Positions 34,856 through 44,608 are shown, counted from the stretch's first letter. The stretch is 64,000 bases of DNA from Candidatus Woesearchaeota archaeon (GCA_964447315.1 CAYURQ010000003.1:10078-74077); one strand, 5' to 3'. The notes: generated by a model from the letters alone, not told the origin. Numbers and translations: made by a program.

Positions 34856-35275
34856 TTATTCTTTCCATAAAAACATTATTCCTAGTGCTAATATGCTTCC
34901 TGTATCAACAACCATACAATATCTACAAATTGCATTTATTACAAAAAATTGCAAATAGAAAAAATAACTTGCAAATAATGCTCCTGCTATTATTCCATAT
35001 GAGAGTAGTTTTTTCACTCTTTTCTTTGGTTCATTTATTTGATAGATTGCAAGAATTCCTAGAATTGAAAATGCTATTAATCCAAAATAACTATTGTTTA
35101 CTCCAAGAGTTTCTTTATATCCTGATTCTTGTACAACATAACAAGAAGTTTCAATTCCTCCGCAAGCTTGTTCAGGAGTCATCAATGAAAGTATTGCAGA
35201 CATTATAAAACAAATTCCAAATATTATTGCAAGTAATCTATATTTTCTTTTTCTTGATTTTTCTTTTTTATTCAT
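34856..35275 (-). CDS. Vitamin K epoxide reductase (VKOR) family membrane oxidoreductase
   Basis: Loop cysteine pair 'CGGIETSC', 'NNSYFGL', and active-site 'CRYC' in the last TM helix. Four TM segments. Confidence 0.7.
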   Translation of the reverse strand: MNKKEKSRKRKYRLLAIIFGICFIMSAILSLMTPEQACGGIETSCYVVQESGYKETLGVNNSYFGLIAFSILGILAIYQINEPKKRVKKLLSYGIIAGALFASYFFYLQFFVINAICRYCMVVDTGSILALGIMFLWKE

Positions 35276-35277
35276 TT

Positions 35278-36651
35278 TTACATTCTCCTAATTTTTTTAC
35301 CACCAAATTTTTTCATCATTTTTTGCATTTGTTTTTGAGATAAACCCTTGCTCATGTCCATATCTTCAAATCCTCCAGAAGTCATTTCTTGTAACATTTT
35401 ATACTGTTTTAATAAGCTTCTAACATCTGAATTATTAACTCCTGCTCCTTTTGCAACTCTGCCTATTCTTTGGGTTTGTTTTTCAAATATTTCTGGATTA
35501 TTTTTTTCTGAATTTGTCATTGATTTGATTATATGTTCCCATTTTTTAATCTTGGATTCTTGAGTTCCTAACATGTTTTCTGGTATTTTTGCTTTGCTCA
35601 TTCCTGGAATTAATCCTTTTATTTTGTCTAGGCCTCCCATTTTGTTCATTGATTTTACTTGTTCTATAACATCATCAAGTGTTAATTTTCCTTGTTCAAG
35701 TCTTTTTTGAATTTCATCTTGCTTGTCTTCATTTGTTACTGAACGTATTTTTTCAACAAGCGTTTGTAAATCTCCCATTCCAAGTAATCTTGATAAAAAA
35801 CTTTCAGGATTGAATTCTTCAATATCATTTATTTTTTCACCTGTTGTAATATAATATACACCTGCATTAACTTCAGAACATGCTGTTAATGCCCCTCCTG
35901 CTTTTGCAGTTGAATCCATTCTTGTTATGATAACTCCTGAAATATTTAATGCATTTTTGAATTCTTGAGCTTGTTTTTTAGCTGCTTGACCAATATCTGC
36001 AGGCATTGTAAGAATTGTGTTTGTTGGATTAATCTCTGAATTTAGAGCTTTTATTTCAGAGATCAATTCTTTATCTAATGTATGACGTCCTGCTGTATCA
36101 ATTAAAACTAATTCAAATTTTTTTAAATCTTTTTTGAATTTTTTATATGTTGCAAGAGCATCATTGCTTTCATGATCAACAAAAACATTAAGGTTATTTT
36201 TTTTACCTAATTGTTCTAGTTGTTCTTTTGCAGCTGGTCTATGAACATCTAAACCAACTATCGCAACTTTTTTACCTCTTTTTCCAAACCAATTTGCTAG
36301 TTTAGCAATTGTTGTTGTTTTACCAACTCCATAAAGGCCTAAAAGCATTATTCTTTCTTGTTTTTTTGAGTCTAGTTCTAATTTTTTGTACTCTCCAAGA
36401 ATTGCAATAAGCTCATCATGAAGTAATTTAATCATGTGTTGTTTTTTCTCAATTCCCTTTATTCTTTCATCTAATGCAGCTTTTCTTATTTTGTCTGTTA
36501 ATTGTTTAATTAGAATTATATTCACGTCTGCTTCAATTAAAGCTCTTTGTAAATCACGGATTATTTGATCTACTAAGTTTTTATCAAGAAATATAGCATT
36601 AGCTATCTTATCTGTGGCTTTTTTTAATACATTTCCTAGTTTTTCTAACAT
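35278..36651 (-). CDS. srp54: Signal recognition particle protein SRP54
   Basis: 'GLYGVGKTTT', 'DTAGRH', 'TRMDSTAKAGGAL', Met-rich M domain. Start placed at 'MLEKLGNVLKKA' (track ORF extends to 36684). Confidence 0.93.
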   Translation of the reverse strand: MLEKLGNVLKKATDKIANAIFLDKNLVDQIIRDLQRALIEADVNIILIKQLTDKIRKAALDERIKGIEKKQHMIKLLHDELIAILGEYKKLELDSKKQERIMLLGLYGVGKTTTIAKLANWFGKRGKKVAIVGLDVHRPAAKEQLEQLGKKNNLNVFVDHESNDALATYKKFKKDLKKFELVLIDTAGRHTLDKELISEIKALNSEINPTNTILTMPADIGQAAKKQAQEFKNALNISGVIITRMDSTAKAGGALTACSEVNAGVYYITTGEKINDIEEFNPESFLSRLLGMGDLQTLVEKIRSVTNEDKQDEIQKRLEQGKLTLDDVIEQVKSMNKMGGLDKIKGLIPGMSKAKIPENMLGTQESKIKKWEHIIKSMTNSEKNNPEIFEKQTQRIGRVAKGAGVNNSDVRSLLKQYKMLQEMTSGGFEDMDMSKGLSQKQMQKMMKKFGGKKIRRM

Positions 36652-36905
36652 TTTTAAGGAAACCAAGGTTTCTTTGAAGTTCAATCTTCTTTTAAGAGAT
36701 TAAACTAAGTTCCTTGGAATTTAATTAATTCTAGAAGCATATTTGGGGTTATTAAGTTTTTGGGTTTATTGCTTTTTTTGAAAATTTTTCATAATCTTTT
36801 GAGGTATTTACTGAATTATTAGCATAATCTTTTCTGTTTTTAAATTACCTTGATATTTTAATAATGTTTATCATATAATTTTTTATTGATATTTTTTAGA
36901 GTTAA

Positions 36906-38273
36906 TTAATCTTCATCATTTAAGCCTAATTTATCTAGAAATTTTTCTTTATCAAAAGGTTGAATTTTATCATATTCTTGCCCTGTTCCTAAATATAGTA
37001 TTGGTTTTTTAGTTACATAACCAACACTAAGAGCTGTTCCACCTTTTTCATCAATATCTGCTTTACTTAAAATTATTCCATCTATTTGTACTGCCCAATC
37101 AAAACTTCTTACTTGTTCTAGAATATCATTTCCAGTAATGCTTTCTCCTACGAATATCTTTGTGTTGGGTTTTGTTACTCTTGCAACTTTTTCAATTTCA
37201 GCCATAAGGTTTTTTTCAGTGTGCATTCTTCCTGCTGTGTCAATTAAAACAACATCTAATTTATTTTTTTTAGCGTATTTTATTGCATCAAAACCTACTG
37301 CTGCAGGATCAGAACCATACTCATGAGCAATTACATTTAAATCTAATTTAGAAGCGTGTTTTTTTATTTGTTCTATAGAAGCTGCACGAAAGGTGTCTGC
37401 TGCTGCAAGAACTGGTTTTAAATTATTATCTTTAAAACTTTTGGCTAGTTTTGCAATACTTGTTGTTTTTCCTGTTCCATTTACTCCACAAAATAAAATT
37501 ACATAGGGTTCATCTTTGTTTTCAGGGTCTTTTTTAAAATTTTTTATTTTTTCAATTAAATCAAAAGGTTTGATTAAAATATTTCTAATTATGTCTTTGA
37601 AAGATTCTTGAATTTGTCCTTGGATTTCTTTTTTTAACATTTCTTTTCCAACAATCTCTTCACGTAATTGTTTAATCATTTTTTCAGCAACTTCTAATGC
37701 AACATTATTTTCAATTAAGAGCATTTCTAATTCTTCTGCATAAACATCAAAATCTTGTTCAGATATTTTTACTTTAGAAATTTTTACCCCTAGTTTTTGA
37801 AAAAAAGGTTTTTTTTCTTGTTGTTCTTTCTCTTGTTGTTCTTTCTCTTGTTGTTCTTTCTCTTGTATATTTTCTAGAACTTCTATAACTGTTTTTTTAT
37901 CTTGTTTTTCAGGCAAAGATTCAATTTCTTTGTGAATTTTTTTAATTATTTCAGGAACTTTTTCTAGGTCTGGTTCAACTTTTTGAGTTCCAACATTGAA
38001 TTTTTTAGGAATTTTAATATCTTTTATTTCTTCTTTCTTTGATTTTCTTTCTTGTTTTTCTTTTTTCTTAGATAACTTTTTCTCTTTAGCATCTTTTTTC
38101 TTTTTTTCTTTCTCTGCTTTTTTATCTGCTTTAGATTTTTTTTCTTTAATCTTTTCTTGTTCTTTTGGTTTTAAAACTACTTCTTGAGTTTCTTCTAATT
38201 CTTGAATTTCTTCTGCTTTTTTAGAAAGGTTTTTTGTCCAATCTTTTAACTTGTTTTTTAGTTTTCCAAACAT
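36906..38273 (-). CDS. ftsY: SRP receptor FtsY with Lys/Glu-rich N-terminal A domain
   Basis: 'GVNGTGKTTS', 'DTAGRMH', 'LSKADIDEKGGTALS'. Confidence 0.93.
   Translation of the reverse strand: MFGKLKNKLKDWTKNLSKKAEEIQELEETQEVVLKPKEQEKIKEKKSKADKKAEKEKKKKDAKEKKLSKKKEKQERKSKKEEIKDIKIPKKFNVGTQKVEPDLEKVPEIIKKIHKEIESLPEKQDKKTVIEVLENIQEKEQQEKEQQEKEQQEKKPFFQKLGVKISKVKISEQDFDVYAEELEMLLIENNVALEVAEKMIKQLREEIVGKEMLKKEIQGQIQESFKDIIRNILIKPFDLIEKIKNFKKDPENKDEPYVILFCGVNGTGKTTSIAKLAKSFKDNNLKPVLAAADTFRAASIEQIKKHASKLDLNVIAHEYGSDPAAVGFDAIKYAKKNKLDVVLIDTAGRMHTEKNLMAEIEKVARVTKPNTKIFVGESITGNDILEQVRSFDWAVQIDGIILSKADIDEKGGTALSVGYVTKKPILYLGTGQEYDKIQPFDKEKFLDKLGLNDED
37816..37866. repeat. Perfect 15-bp tandem repeat (3.4 copies) inside the ftsY A domain
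   Basis: 'tcttgttgttctttc' at 37816, 37831 and 37846, plus a partial copy. Encodes (EQQEK)n on the minus strand. Confidence 0.9.
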
Positions 38274-38476
38274 TTTTAAGACACCTACCGGAAGTTTCCG
38301 GGTTTCTTGACAGTCAACTTTCCTTAAATTAGGATTATTGCTAATATTTTTAGTTAAGAATTAGTTAATAAGGTTTTGGTTGTTGTTTAAAGGTATTTTT
38401 TGTGTTACTACTTTTAGTTTATCTAAATTTTTATAAATAGGGTATTCTTTGAATTTTTATATACTGGGAGGAAAAT

Positions 38477-39724
38477 ATGAAAGGAGTATTAGTTATTATA
38501 GATGGTATGGGTGACTTGCCTAATAAACAATTAGGAGATAAAACTCCTTTGGAAGCTGCGAATACCCCTAATCTTGATTTTTTTGCTGCTCGTAGTGAAC
38601 TTGGATATATGTATGCTGTTAAACCTGGTTTTATTCCTGAATCAGATGAAGCTCTTGTTTCAATTTTTGGAAATAAATTAATTAATAGCACTAGAGGTCA
38701 GCTAGAAGCTAGAGGAACTGATTTGAAACTTACAAGGGGGGATTTGGCTTTAAGAGCTAATTTTGCAAGTATTGATAGTTTAGAAAAAGAAAATATTCTT
38801 GATAGAAGAGTTGGAAGAACTCTTACTACAGCAGAAGCTCATAATTTAGCAAGGGCAATAAATAAAATTAATGTGCCTGTTAAATTTGAGTTTGTTCCTA
38901 CTCTTCAACATAGAGCAGTTTTAGTTTTTAGAGGGGGGTTTTCTGATAATTTTATTGGAAATGATGCAACTTACTCTCAAGGAAAATCAGAAGAAATTGA
39001 AAAAATAGTTAAGTGTAAGGGTTTAGATGATGATGAAAATACAATTTATACTGTGAACATTGTTAATGAGTTTATTGAAAAAGCTCATGAAGTTTTAAAA
39101 AACCATCCTGTTAATCAAGAACGTATTAAAAGAGGATTAATGCCTGCAAATTATCTTATGTTTAGAGGGGCTGGTATTGAACCTCCAAAACTCAAAAAAT
39201 ATAGGAAATGGGTATCAATGACTTATACTCCTTTAGAAAAAGGATTTGCAAAAACTTGTGAAATGAAAAATACAAGTTTTGAATATCCAAAACTTAAAAC
39301 ACTAGACGCTTATGAAAATTTATGGAAAGGATTGAAAAAAGCAATTAAATATTCAATTAAATTTTTAAAAAAGAATAAGAAAAAAGCAGATTATGCTTAT
39401 ATTCATATAAAAGAAACAGATTTGCCAGGACATGATAATAAACCTTTTGAAAAAAAATTAATGATAGAGTATTTGGATATTACTTTGTTTAAATATTTGA
39501 GAAGTTTTGCACCTCCAAATAAAATAAAAGTTGCTATAACCGCAGATCATTCAAGTCCCTGTAAATTTAAGAATCATTCTGCTGACCCTGTTCCAACAAT
39601 GCTTTATCAAGCAGAAGAAATTCCTTTGAAAGAACAAAGATTTTCTGAAAAAGATTGCAGGAAAGGAAGTTTAGGAAGAATAATTGGACAAGAATTTATG
39701 AAAAAAATTGGATTTCATCGTTAG
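38477..39724 (+). CDS. apgM: Cofactor-independent phosphoglycerate mutase, archaeal type
   Basis: 'VLVIIDGMGD', 'ANTPNLD', 'IHIKETDLPGHD', 'ITADHSSP'. Confidence 0.85.
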   Translation: MKGVLVIIDGMGDLPNKQLGDKTPLEAANTPNLDFFAARSELGYMYAVKPGFIPESDEALVSIFGNKLINSTRGQLEARGTDLKLTRGDLALRANFASIDSLEKENILDRRVGRTLTTAEAHNLARAINKINVPVKFEFVPTLQHRAVLVFRGGFSDNFIGNDATYSQGKSEEIEKIVKCKGLDDDENTIYTVNIVNEFIEKAHEVLKNHPVNQERIKRGLMPANYLMFRGAGIEPPKLKKYRKWVSMTYTPLEKGFAKTCEMKNTSFEYPKLKTLDAYENLWKGLKKAIKYSIKFLKKNKKKADYAYIHIKETDLPGHDNKPFEKKLMIEYLDITLFKYLRSFAPPNKIKVAITADHSSPCKFKNHSADPVPTMLYQAEEIPLKEQRFSEKDCRKGSLGRIIGQEFMKKIGFHR

Positions 39725-39830
39725 TTTTTATATAATTATTAAACAAGATAAGGGTTTTTATTATTTATTGGATATTTAGGGTTAATTAGAATATTCCTGC
39801 TAACATCCTAGGATTTTTTTGGTTTACTGT

Positions 39831-40187
39831 TTACATTCCTGCTTTTGTTAGTATTTTATCTAAATATTTATAATGTCCTTTTGTTGAAATATGGTTTTGG
39901 TATGTTTCTTGATAAAGCATTGTTTTTATTACTTTTTTCTTTGTTTTTTCATTACAATCTATAAAGCAAACATCTATATTTATCATTTCTTTTCCTTGGG
40001 GATTTTTATCTCTGTAAACTGTACTAGCTGTTATGTTTCCTCTTTCTATAACCAAGGCATTTATTCTAGAATTATTTTTTGGAGAATAGTATATTTTATC
40101 ATTTAAATTAATTTTTTTAAAATTTCTTGGATTTTTTAGATTTATTTTTTTAAATTCATTTTTTTTTCTAAATCCATTAATTTTCAT
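39831..40187 (-). CDS. Hypothetical protein
   Basis: 118-aa basic ORF. No recognised motif. Confidence 0.4.
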   Translation of the reverse strand: MKINGFRKKNEFKKINLKNPRNFKKINLNDKIYYSPKNNSRINALVIERGNITASTVYRDKNPQGKEMINIDVCFIDCNEKTKKKVIKTMLYQETYQNHISTKGHYKYLDKILTKAGM

Positions 40188-40323
40188 TTATTTTTATTAG
40201 ATAAAATTATTTAAAAAAATTGTGGTGTTTAAAGAAAACTTTTTTTCTTGTTAAACTAGAATTTAGTTTGAACTAGAAAAGTTTTGGATTGCCTGATATT
40301 TAGATATTCAATAATAATTAAAT

Positions 40324-40626
40324 TTATCCGAATAGAGCAGACAATCCTTCAGCTGCAGCTTCTTTCTTTTCTTCTTTTGGTTTTTCTTCTGCTTTCTTTT
40401 CTTCAGCAGCACCTGTATTCGGTGCGCTTCCACTAGGAGCAGCAGCAACCATTGTAGCGTTTTCTAGTTCTTTATCTATATCTACGCCATCTAAACTAGC
40501 CATCAAAGACTTGATTTTTGTATCATCAGCTTTGATACCAGCAGCTGCAACAACACTTTTCACACTTGCTTCATTAATTTCTTTTCCTGCTTTATGCAGT
40601 AAAAGCGCTGCGTATATGTTTTCCAT
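40324..40626 (-). CDS. rpl12: Ribosomal stalk protein P1 (L12e)
   Basis: '[19 protein letters not shown]...', Ala/Glu/Lys hinge, C-terminal 'GLSALFG'. Start at the internal ATG of the track ORF. Confidence 0.9.
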   Translation of the reverse strand: MENIYAALLLHKAGKEINEASVKSVVAAAGIKADDTKIKSLMASLDGVDIDKELENATMVAAAPSGSAPNTGAAEEKKAEEKPKEEKKEAAAEGLSALFG

Positions 40627-40627
40627 T

Positions 40628-41026
40628 TTATTTGTTTCCTCCCTCATTTTTATTCATGAGAGCATGATAATTTTCTGCCATTTTCTCTAGTCCTCCTTTT
40701 TCTAAAGCAAGATTTACTTTTGATAAATCCCTTGCTTTAATTATTAAATCTCTTGATTTTTTTCCAATTTCCATATTTGTAGCTTGTTTTAGGTATTTTA
40801 ATTTTTCTGATTCTAATTGTTCTTTTAAATATTTTTTCATATTTTCTTTAGCTTCTATTTGGTGCTTTCCATATAAAGAAATAGATTTTTCTTTTCCATT
40901 TAAAGGAATTGTAGTTGTTTGAAAATTTTTGAGTCTTTCATATTTTCCTTGACAATTACTTAATACAACACCTTTGATTTCTAAAAATTCAAATCCTGGT
41001 AATTCATATCTTTTTATTTCTGACAT
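40628..41026 (-). CDS. Hypothetical 132-aa protein inserted between the P0 and P1 genes
   Basis: The ORF fills the P0-P1 gap exactly (5 nt after the P0 stop, 1 nt before the P1 ATG). No recognised motif. Confidence 0.55.
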   Translation of the reverse strand: MSEIKRYELPGFEFLEIKGVVLSNCQGKYERLKNFQTTTIPLNGKEKSISLYGKHQIEAKENMKKYLKEQLESEKLKYLKQATNMEIGKKSRDLIIKARDLSKVNLALEKGGLEKMAENYHALMNKNEGGNK

Positions 41027-41031
41027 TTTGA

Positions 41032-41943
41032 TTAAAATAAGCTAGCGAGACCTGCACCAGCATCTGCTGCTTTTTCCTCCTTTGATTTAGTTTCTTGTTT
41101 TGGTTTTTCTTGATCTTTAGTATTTTCACTTTCAGTTGAAACAGGTTCAGGATCTGGCTCTCCTGTTAAGATTCTATTTATTTTATTGGCATGTGCATTT
41201 GCTTTACTTATCATGACTTTAACAGTGTCTTTAGTTGTGTATCCAATAGAAACTGCAAATGGTAACGCTTTTCCAGCAGCATATTTTATATTTGAAATTG
41301 CTTGTTCTTTATCTATTTTTAATTCTTCATAAAATAAATTTTCTTTTGTATCAAATGAGCATAAGGGAATAAAACCAATCTTAAATGGTTTAATGTTTAA
41401 TTTTGCCATTATATCTGCTGCTCCTTGAGAAATTTTTTTACCTTTTTCTGCAACAACTTTTGGTTCTTTAATTGTAATTTTACCTTTTTCAATTTGAATT
41501 TGAATTCCTAATGATCCTAATTCTGAAATTGCTGGTCCTGGAACTAATTCAGTTGGTCCGTCGGGTATTTCAATATCACTTAAAGCTTCTTGTCCTGCTT
41601 TTGCCTTTGCTGGACTTTGATTTTTAAGTAAAACTCCTGCTAACTCAAAAGAACCTAAATCAGAAAATAAAATTGCAAAAGCATCATCTATTTTTGTTTT
41701 TAATTTTTCAACCTGTTCTTTTAGTTCTTTATCTGTTGAATCAAGAGCACGAATAATTAAACTTTTTTTTGGAACTTTAACAATGGCTTTGCCTCTAAGT
41801 TTTTTAACAATTTCTTGAAATTGTCCCCCTGGAATATTTTTAATTGAAGCAATTAATATTGTTTTTTTATTTTTCACTAAATCTGTTAATTCTTTTACTG
41901 TTTGTTTTTTTACTTCTGAAACTTGTGCTTTTTGTTTTGCCAT
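41032..41943 (-). CDS. rplP0: Ribosomal stalk protein P0 (L10)
   Basis: 'VKELTDLVKNKKTILIASIKNIPGGQFQEI', C-terminal 'AGAGLASLF'. Confidence 0.9.
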   Translation of the reverse strand: MAKQKAQVSEVKKQTVKELTDLVKNKKTILIASIKNIPGGQFQEIVKKLRGKAIVKVPKKSLIIRALDSTDKELKEQVEKLKTKIDDAFAILFSDLGSFELAGVLLKNQSPAKAKAGQEALSDIEIPDGPTELVPGPAISELGSLGIQIQIEKGKITIKEPKVVAEKGKKISQGAADIMAKLNIKPFKIGFIPLCSFDTKENLFYEELKIDKEQAISNIKYAAGKALPFAVSIGYTTKDTVKVMISKANAHANKINRILTGEPDPEPVSTESENTKDQEKPKQETKSKEEKAADAGAGLASLF

Positions 41944-41944
41944 T

Positions 41945-42574
41945 TTATCTTATATTAATTTTAATTGGTTTAGTCATTGTAAATTTTAATTCAATGTTTT
42001 TGATATTTTCTTTATCACGAGGAAATTCTTTTATTAAAGAATTATAAATAGAAGTTATATTTTCAATAATATCTTTATCTAGCATACTTTGTTTTCCAAT
42101 TGGAAGCTTAATGCTAGCTTCTTTTACTTTTATTTTAATACTATTGTTTATTTTTTGTTTTAGTTCATTGATTGTTTTATCATCAGCATTCATAATTATT
42201 CCTAATTGTGGGCTTGGCATTTTTCCTGCAGGGCCTAATACACGTCCAAACGTTGATGCAACTTTTGGCATTATGCTTGCTTGCGCAATAAAAAAATCAT
42301 ATTTTTTCACAATGTTTTTTAATTGTTTTTTATCATTGTATTTTTTGAAATCATTTGGCGTGATAGTGTCTAGATTAGAGTTTTCTACTTCTAGAAATCC
42401 TGCAATTTTTTTATCTTTTACTTTGTGAGGTAAATTTGCAACAATATTTATGGTTGTTCTTTTTAAATCTAATTTTTGTAGATTTACAATTAAGTCTACT
42501 GTTTGGTTGAATTTTCTTTGTTTTTCTTTACGTAATTCTTGTAAAACTTGTTTTAATTGTTCTTGAAATTCCAT
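41945..42574 (-). CDS. rpl1: Ribosomal protein L1
   Basis: 'FNQTVDLIVNLQKLDLKR', 'RVLGPAGKMPSP'. Sits 1 nt upstream of P0. Confidence 0.9.
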   Translation of the reverse strand: MEFQEQLKQVLQELRKEKQRKFNQTVDLIVNLQKLDLKRTTINIVANLPHKVKDKKIAGFLEVENSNLDTITPNDFKKYNDKKQLKNIVKKYDFFIAQASIMPKVASTFGRVLGPAGKMPSPQLGIIMNADDKTINELKQKINNSIKIKVKEASIKLPIGKQSMLDKDIIENITSIYNSLIKEFPRDKENIKNIELKFTMTKPIKINIR

Positions 42575-42756
42575 TTTCTTTTCATTAAAATGTATTTATT
42601 TTAAGCCTCCCAAATTATGCGTCATAAGCATAGATTATATCTTATGGCGATATGGTTCAAACGACTTATTTTTTTGAGATGATTTTGCTTTATAAAGGTT
42701 TTGATTATTGTTTATTACATATATTTTTAAAAAGAAATAAGAATTTTTGAGTTATA

Positions 42757-43107
42757 ATGGAACTTATAGCATTACTTTCATCTGGAAAAGGAACTTGGGC
42801 ACAAGTATCTGGTCTTATGGCTCATGGTGAGTGGGATAAAATAATTATTTTAGGAAGTGATTTTGCAAAATCTTTTAGCCACCATAAGGAATTTGAATTT
42901 GTTAAAGTAGATTTAGACAAAAAAATTAAGGATCTTAAAGATGAATTCAGTAAAAAATTGCAAGGAAAAATTAAGGGAACAGAAGTTGCATTAAGTATTG
43001 CATCTGGTGATGGAAAAGAACATATGTCTTTAATTTCTGCTTTACTTGGATTGCCTGTTGGAATTAGATTTGCTGCCCTTACTAAAGATGGTGTTATTGA
43101 TTTGTGA
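42757..43107 (+). CDS. Small hypothetical protein, possible minimal Rossmann-like fold
   Basis: 'IALLSSGKGTW', 'KIIILGS', 'ALSIASGDGKEHMSLISALL'. No firm family assignment. Confidence 0.45.
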   Translation: MELIALLSSGKGTWAQVSGLMAHGEWDKIIILGSDFAKSFSHHKEFEFVKVDLDKKIKDLKDEFSKKLQGKIKGTEVALSIASGDGKEHMSLISALLGLPVGIRFAALTKDGVIDL

Positions 43108-43375
43108 GATTTAATTAAAAAGATATAATGGTTGTAATGCTTGTGGATATGAAATTGTTAATAAATTAACTTATAAGGAAATAAATTAAAAGAATTTTAC
43201 TTCTGGAAATTTTGTGTTATTATATATTTTTAGTGAACTTGAGAAAGAAACTTACTCAAGATTTTTCAAGTATTTTTTCATTTAAATAAGAAAACTATTA
43301 TTGGTTGTGAATAGATTTTGTAACTATTCTTTAAATTATAATAATGATTAAAAACAAGGTTTTCCCTGGATTATT

Positions 43376-44026
43376 ATGATAATTTTGGATATTGAAACAA
43401 CAGGATTAACAAGTGATTATGGAATTTATGAACTTGGTGCAATAAATTTAGATTATCCTATGCATTATTTTTTGCAGAATTGTAGAATTGATTTAAGTGA
43501 TATTGTTACAGAAGGGGCTTTAAAGGTTAATGGAAAAACAATTCAAGAACTAAATGATTCCAGTAAACAATCTCAAAAACAATTATTAGAGAATTATTTA
43601 TTTTGGGTTGAAAAACAACCTGAAAAAATATTTTTTGGACAGAATGTTGGATGGGATATTACAATGATACAATCTAAGGCAATAAAATACAATATTCATG
43701 ATATGTTTTTAAATATTCATGGACAAAGAGGATTTGATTTACATACTATTTCTCAGGATAAATATAAAGATATTCATGGGAAATATTATTTAGATGATAA
43801 AGGAAAAAGCTTAATGAAGTTAGGAAAGACTTTGGAATTTTGCGGAATCCAGGATAACAGAGTAAAGATTTTTGGAAATAAAGTTGTTAAAGAAGGTGAA
43901 TTTCATAATGCTTTGGAGGATTGTAAATTAGAAGGAGAGGCTTTGATTAGATTAAAATTTGGAATTAATCTTTTTCCTGAATATGCTCATTTTAAAATTC
44001 CAGATTACTTGAAAAAAATAAAATGA
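43376..44026 (+). CDS. DEDDh 3'-5' exonuclease (DnaQ-like)
   Basis: 'IILDIETTGL' (ExoI), 'GQNVGWDITM' (ExoII), 'FHNALEDC' (ExoIII, DEDDh). Confidence 0.75.
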   Translation: MIILDIETTGLTSDYGIYELGAINLDYPMHYFLQNCRIDLSDIVTEGALKVNGKTIQELNDSSKQSQKQLLENYLFWVEKQPEKIFFGQNVGWDITMIQSKAIKYNIHDMFLNIHGQRGFDLHTISQDKYKDIHGKYYLDDKGKSLMKLGKTLEFCGIQDNRVKIFGNKVVKEGEFHNALEDCKLEGEALIRLKFGINLFPEYAHFKIPDYLKKIK

Positions 44027-44577
44027 TATCTTATAATGAAATTTATGAAGCAGCTCGTAAGGAACGTTATTCAGAGCAATTGCAGCCAATTCAAAAAAAT
44101 TTTGTTTCAGAAGTTTCTAAATATCTTAAAGAAAAAAAAGAAATAGTTTCAAGAGAAGGTGAATTTTCAGATAATGTTCTTAAAATTAAGAAACAATTAG
44201 AGAATGCAATAACTCTTTTTAAAGAATTAGTTATAAGGCGTAGAAAAAAAATATTAAACTTGGTTTTAATTGCATCTGAAACAGGAATTTCAAAACAAGA
44301 TTTTGAAAATATGTTGAGTATTGAAAAAGAATTATTTGAGGATTTGATGAAATGTGCAGAAGGTTCTGATAAAAAATTAAGTGGTTTATTAAGCTCTGGT
44401 GAAGGAGAAATAGAATCAAAAAATGAAATGGTTTTATTTTTAGGAGATGTTGGAGAGTTTGTTGGTTTAAATGGAGAGATGATGGGGCCTTTTGAAAAAG
44501 GACAAATTGCTAACCTACCTAAGGAAGTTGTGAAAATTTTAATTGATGGTAAAAAAGTGGAAGTTATTGAAAAGTAA
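44023..44577 (+). CDS. GINS subunit-like protein (Gins51/15-type)
   Basis: 'YEAARKERYSEQLQPIQKNFVSEVSKYLKE', 'RRRKKILNLVLIA', C-terminal 'GPFEKGQIANLPKEVVKILIDGKKVEVIE'. ATGA overlap with the exonuclease gene. Confidence 0.55.
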   Translation: MISYNEIYEAARKERYSEQLQPIQKNFVSEVSKYLKEKKEIVSREGEFSDNVLKIKKQLENAITLFKELVIRRRKKILNLVLIASETGISKQDFENMLSIEKELFEDLMKCAEGSDKKLSGLLSSGEGEIESKNEMVLFLGDVGEFVGLNGEMMGPFEKGQIANLPKEVVKILIDGKKVEVIEK

Positions 44578-44608
44578 GATTTATTAAGTAAATATATTTA
44601 AATTGAAT

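Noticed and set aside
38281-38320. GC-rich island with the palindrome 'ccggaagtttccgg' just upstream of ftsY, considered as a small ncRNA or SRP RNA fragment
   Set aside because: It is only about 40 nt with a 5-6 bp stem, far too short for SRP RNA, and no conserved SRP motifs are visible. It is more likely a 5' UTR or promoter-proximal hairpin. I could not support any function.
42575-42680. Hairpin 'tatgcgtcataagcata' and 'gggagg' in the L1 operon leader, considered as an L1 autoregulatory rRNA mimic
   Set aside because: I cannot reproduce the L1-binding consensus from memory well enough to test it. The stem is only 5 bp, and 'gggagg' is adequately explained as a Shine-Dalgarno sequence.
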